The notes below the pieces were generated by a model, which was not told the origin of the DNA, did not search any database, and saw nothing but the letters and a program-made list of their open reading frames with translations. The position numbers and the translations under genes were made by a program. From Phoronis australis (lineage: Eukaryota > Animalia > Phoronida), in assembly GCA_002633005.1 (NCBI GenBank), contig NMRA01000403.1, positions 58,888 through 122,887 on the forward strand: 64,000 nucleotides of DNA. Reading direction: 5' to 3'. Positions 62,155-64,000 of the stretch are shown in pieces (positions within the stretch are counted from its first letter, which is position 1; each line of letters starts with the position of its first letter).

Positions 62155-63619
62155 CTACAACACACAGATGGTGCGCACGTCAAATTGGTGATCACCGCAC
62201 TGTCCGCTTGGAGGTGCTCTGCAGCACACCTTCTGTTAAAAAATATCATACTTTTGACCACTTACTGCCATAAAACTACTCTCAACTTGTTCACCACTGA
62301 GACTGAATGTACTTCTGAGGTTTGTGAGAATTTGTTCACAAGCTGTCAGATATTCCCAAGCAAAGAAAGGTTAAATCATTTCTTACCTCAGCAAATGACA
62401 CAGGGCAGCTTTAAGAAAAGCATGATTATTAACTCCAAACCAGGACAAACATCCAAAATGAATTAAAACCACAATATTGCCAAATTTAAAACGGCTATAA
62501 TTACACCTTCCATCACATAAAAGACTTACATTTAGTTACCTACCATTACGACATTGGTCTCAAAGCGTTCCTCAGTTGAAACTTTGTTATTGCTTGAAAC
62601 CAGGCGTTACAAGATGACTTGTCATGGGGTGTCATTTTATTTGATGAATATGGTCTCAAGCAATCATTAAATGTCAGTTCCTTAAAAGATCAAAAACTCT
62701 CATCTCAGTAACTAACAAGTTGAGGCCAATTTGTTTGGATTAAGTGGTCTAAATTAAAAGTTAAATTTCTTTGGGGGGGGGAGGCAAGGTTTTCGCTGCC
62801 TTGAACTCCCAGACATCGCTAATTGACCTATCACAAGCTCCGCTCCTTTGCGAAATGTCGACAAACAAACAATAAGTTTTACCCAGCAACATGTTGTTTG
62901 TCAGGTAAAATAGCTGCTTGAAAATGAAGGTGTGTCAAGAATGCTGTGTTCTGATTGGTCACTTAAGCTGTCACTCAAAGTCCTGGTGAAAGGTCATTTA
63001 AGTCAAGCATAAATTACAAACATCAAATTCATAAGGAAACAAGGCTGTTGAGTGGTTGTTATAGTTGGACAATATGCTTCTCTACATCAGGTGTGGCTGT
63101 TTCAGTCCTTGATATCTCAAGTTGATCTAGGAAGCCTCTATTGTGTGGTACAAAGCCATTGTGGCGCTAGTGATGTATGCAGGACAATAAAATTCTGGCT
63201 GAATTAAATGTCAAGGACAGAAAATTGGTAATTATTGAACGTGTTTGGCTTCTGAAATTGAAATCCTCATGAAAAGTTAGGGTAAAATTCTTCTTTCAAG
63301 AGAAAAATACAATATAAAATAGTCAAAACGATGAGAGATGGATTTTTACTTCTTGACAACAGTTTTGAGTCAATGTGTACTAAAATTAATGTATTCATTC
63401 AGCATAAAAGATAATTGGCTTTTGCCTCTTGACATCGGACAAAAGAATGAGCTTGGCACTTAACAAAAGAATGATTGATATAAGGCCTTTCAAAATGGGT
63501 TCCTCTGGAATAGGGACTAAGCAGGGGTAAGTTGCAATGTGGAATACCGGGTAAATCAAGTTAATGGCAGCAAATTTCCCCATGGAATGTGCAATTATAC
63601 TAGCCCATACCAAAAGACC

Positions 63620-64000
63620 ATGTTTGCCGCAAGCTTGCCGCAAGCTTGCCGCAAGCTTGCCGCAAGCTTGCAGCAAACATGCCGCAAGCTTGCGGCAAAC
63701 AATTTTGTTTGCAGCAAACCAGCCGCAAAGTTTGCAGGAGTTTGCCGCTACCCGCAACTCAGCCGCACACATTGCCGCAACCTTGCTGCAAACACTGAAG
63801 TTTGCAGGAATGTTGCGGCAAACTTGGTGATTGAAAAAGTGTTTGCGGGAAAGTTGCAGGAAACTTTATTGTTGAAAAGTGTTTGCGGGAAAGTTGCAGG
63901 AAACTTTATTGGTGAAAAAATGTTTGCGGGAAAGTTGCAGGAAACTTTATTGATGAAAAAGTGTTTGCGGGAAAGTTGCAGGAAACTTTATTGGTGAAAA
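63620..64000 (+). repeat. 11-bp (gccgcaagctt) repeat followed by ~40-bp (gtttgcgggaaagttgcaggaaactttattggtgaaaaa) tandem repeats, probably subterminal repeats of a DNA element running off the window
   Basis: Seen directly; the ORFs here are repeat artefacts. Confidence 0.8.

Noticed and set aside
63395-63997. Overlapping 88-152-aa ORFs; repeat array superficially CRISPR-like
   Set aside because: Head-to-tail tandem repeats without unique spacers, in eukaryotic DNA; the ORFs arise from stop-poor repeat units.
62155-64000. Search for the N-terminal exon of the beta-galactosidase
   Set aside because: No convincing ATG-containing phase-1 exon was found; it probably lies beyond the window.

Overview
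AT-rich (about 37-38% GC) animal genomic DNA, most likely from a marine invertebrate, with spliceosomal GT-AG introns, a ~720-nt assembly gap (4828-5545) and a single-N contig join at 53614. Three protein-coding genes are supported. (1) An intronless class A GPCR resembling GPR161 (minus, 1023-2003). (2) A 7-coding-exon, 260-aa all-coiled-coil protein that I cannot assign to a family (plus, 24683-34775). (3) A GH35 beta-galactosidase of the GLB1L2/3 type (minus, 40657 to beyond 62154; 15 phase-consistent exons traced, N-terminal exon not found). The main finding is a pair of homologous 91-nt exons in the beta-galactosidase (45254-45344 and 44186-44276). Reading-frame arithmetic forces these to be mutually exclusive, and they swap the loop after the conserved ENxGRVNY motif, which is thought to line the substrate +1 subsite. 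Intergenic and intronic DNA is full of decayed LINEs (Tx1/L1, L2/CR1-like, I/R1-like), Penelope and Gypsy remnants, a tRNA-derived SINE, several MITE families, minisatellites and a tandem array of CTCF-like motifs spaced about 140-160 bp apart. All calls were made by eye, without database searches.
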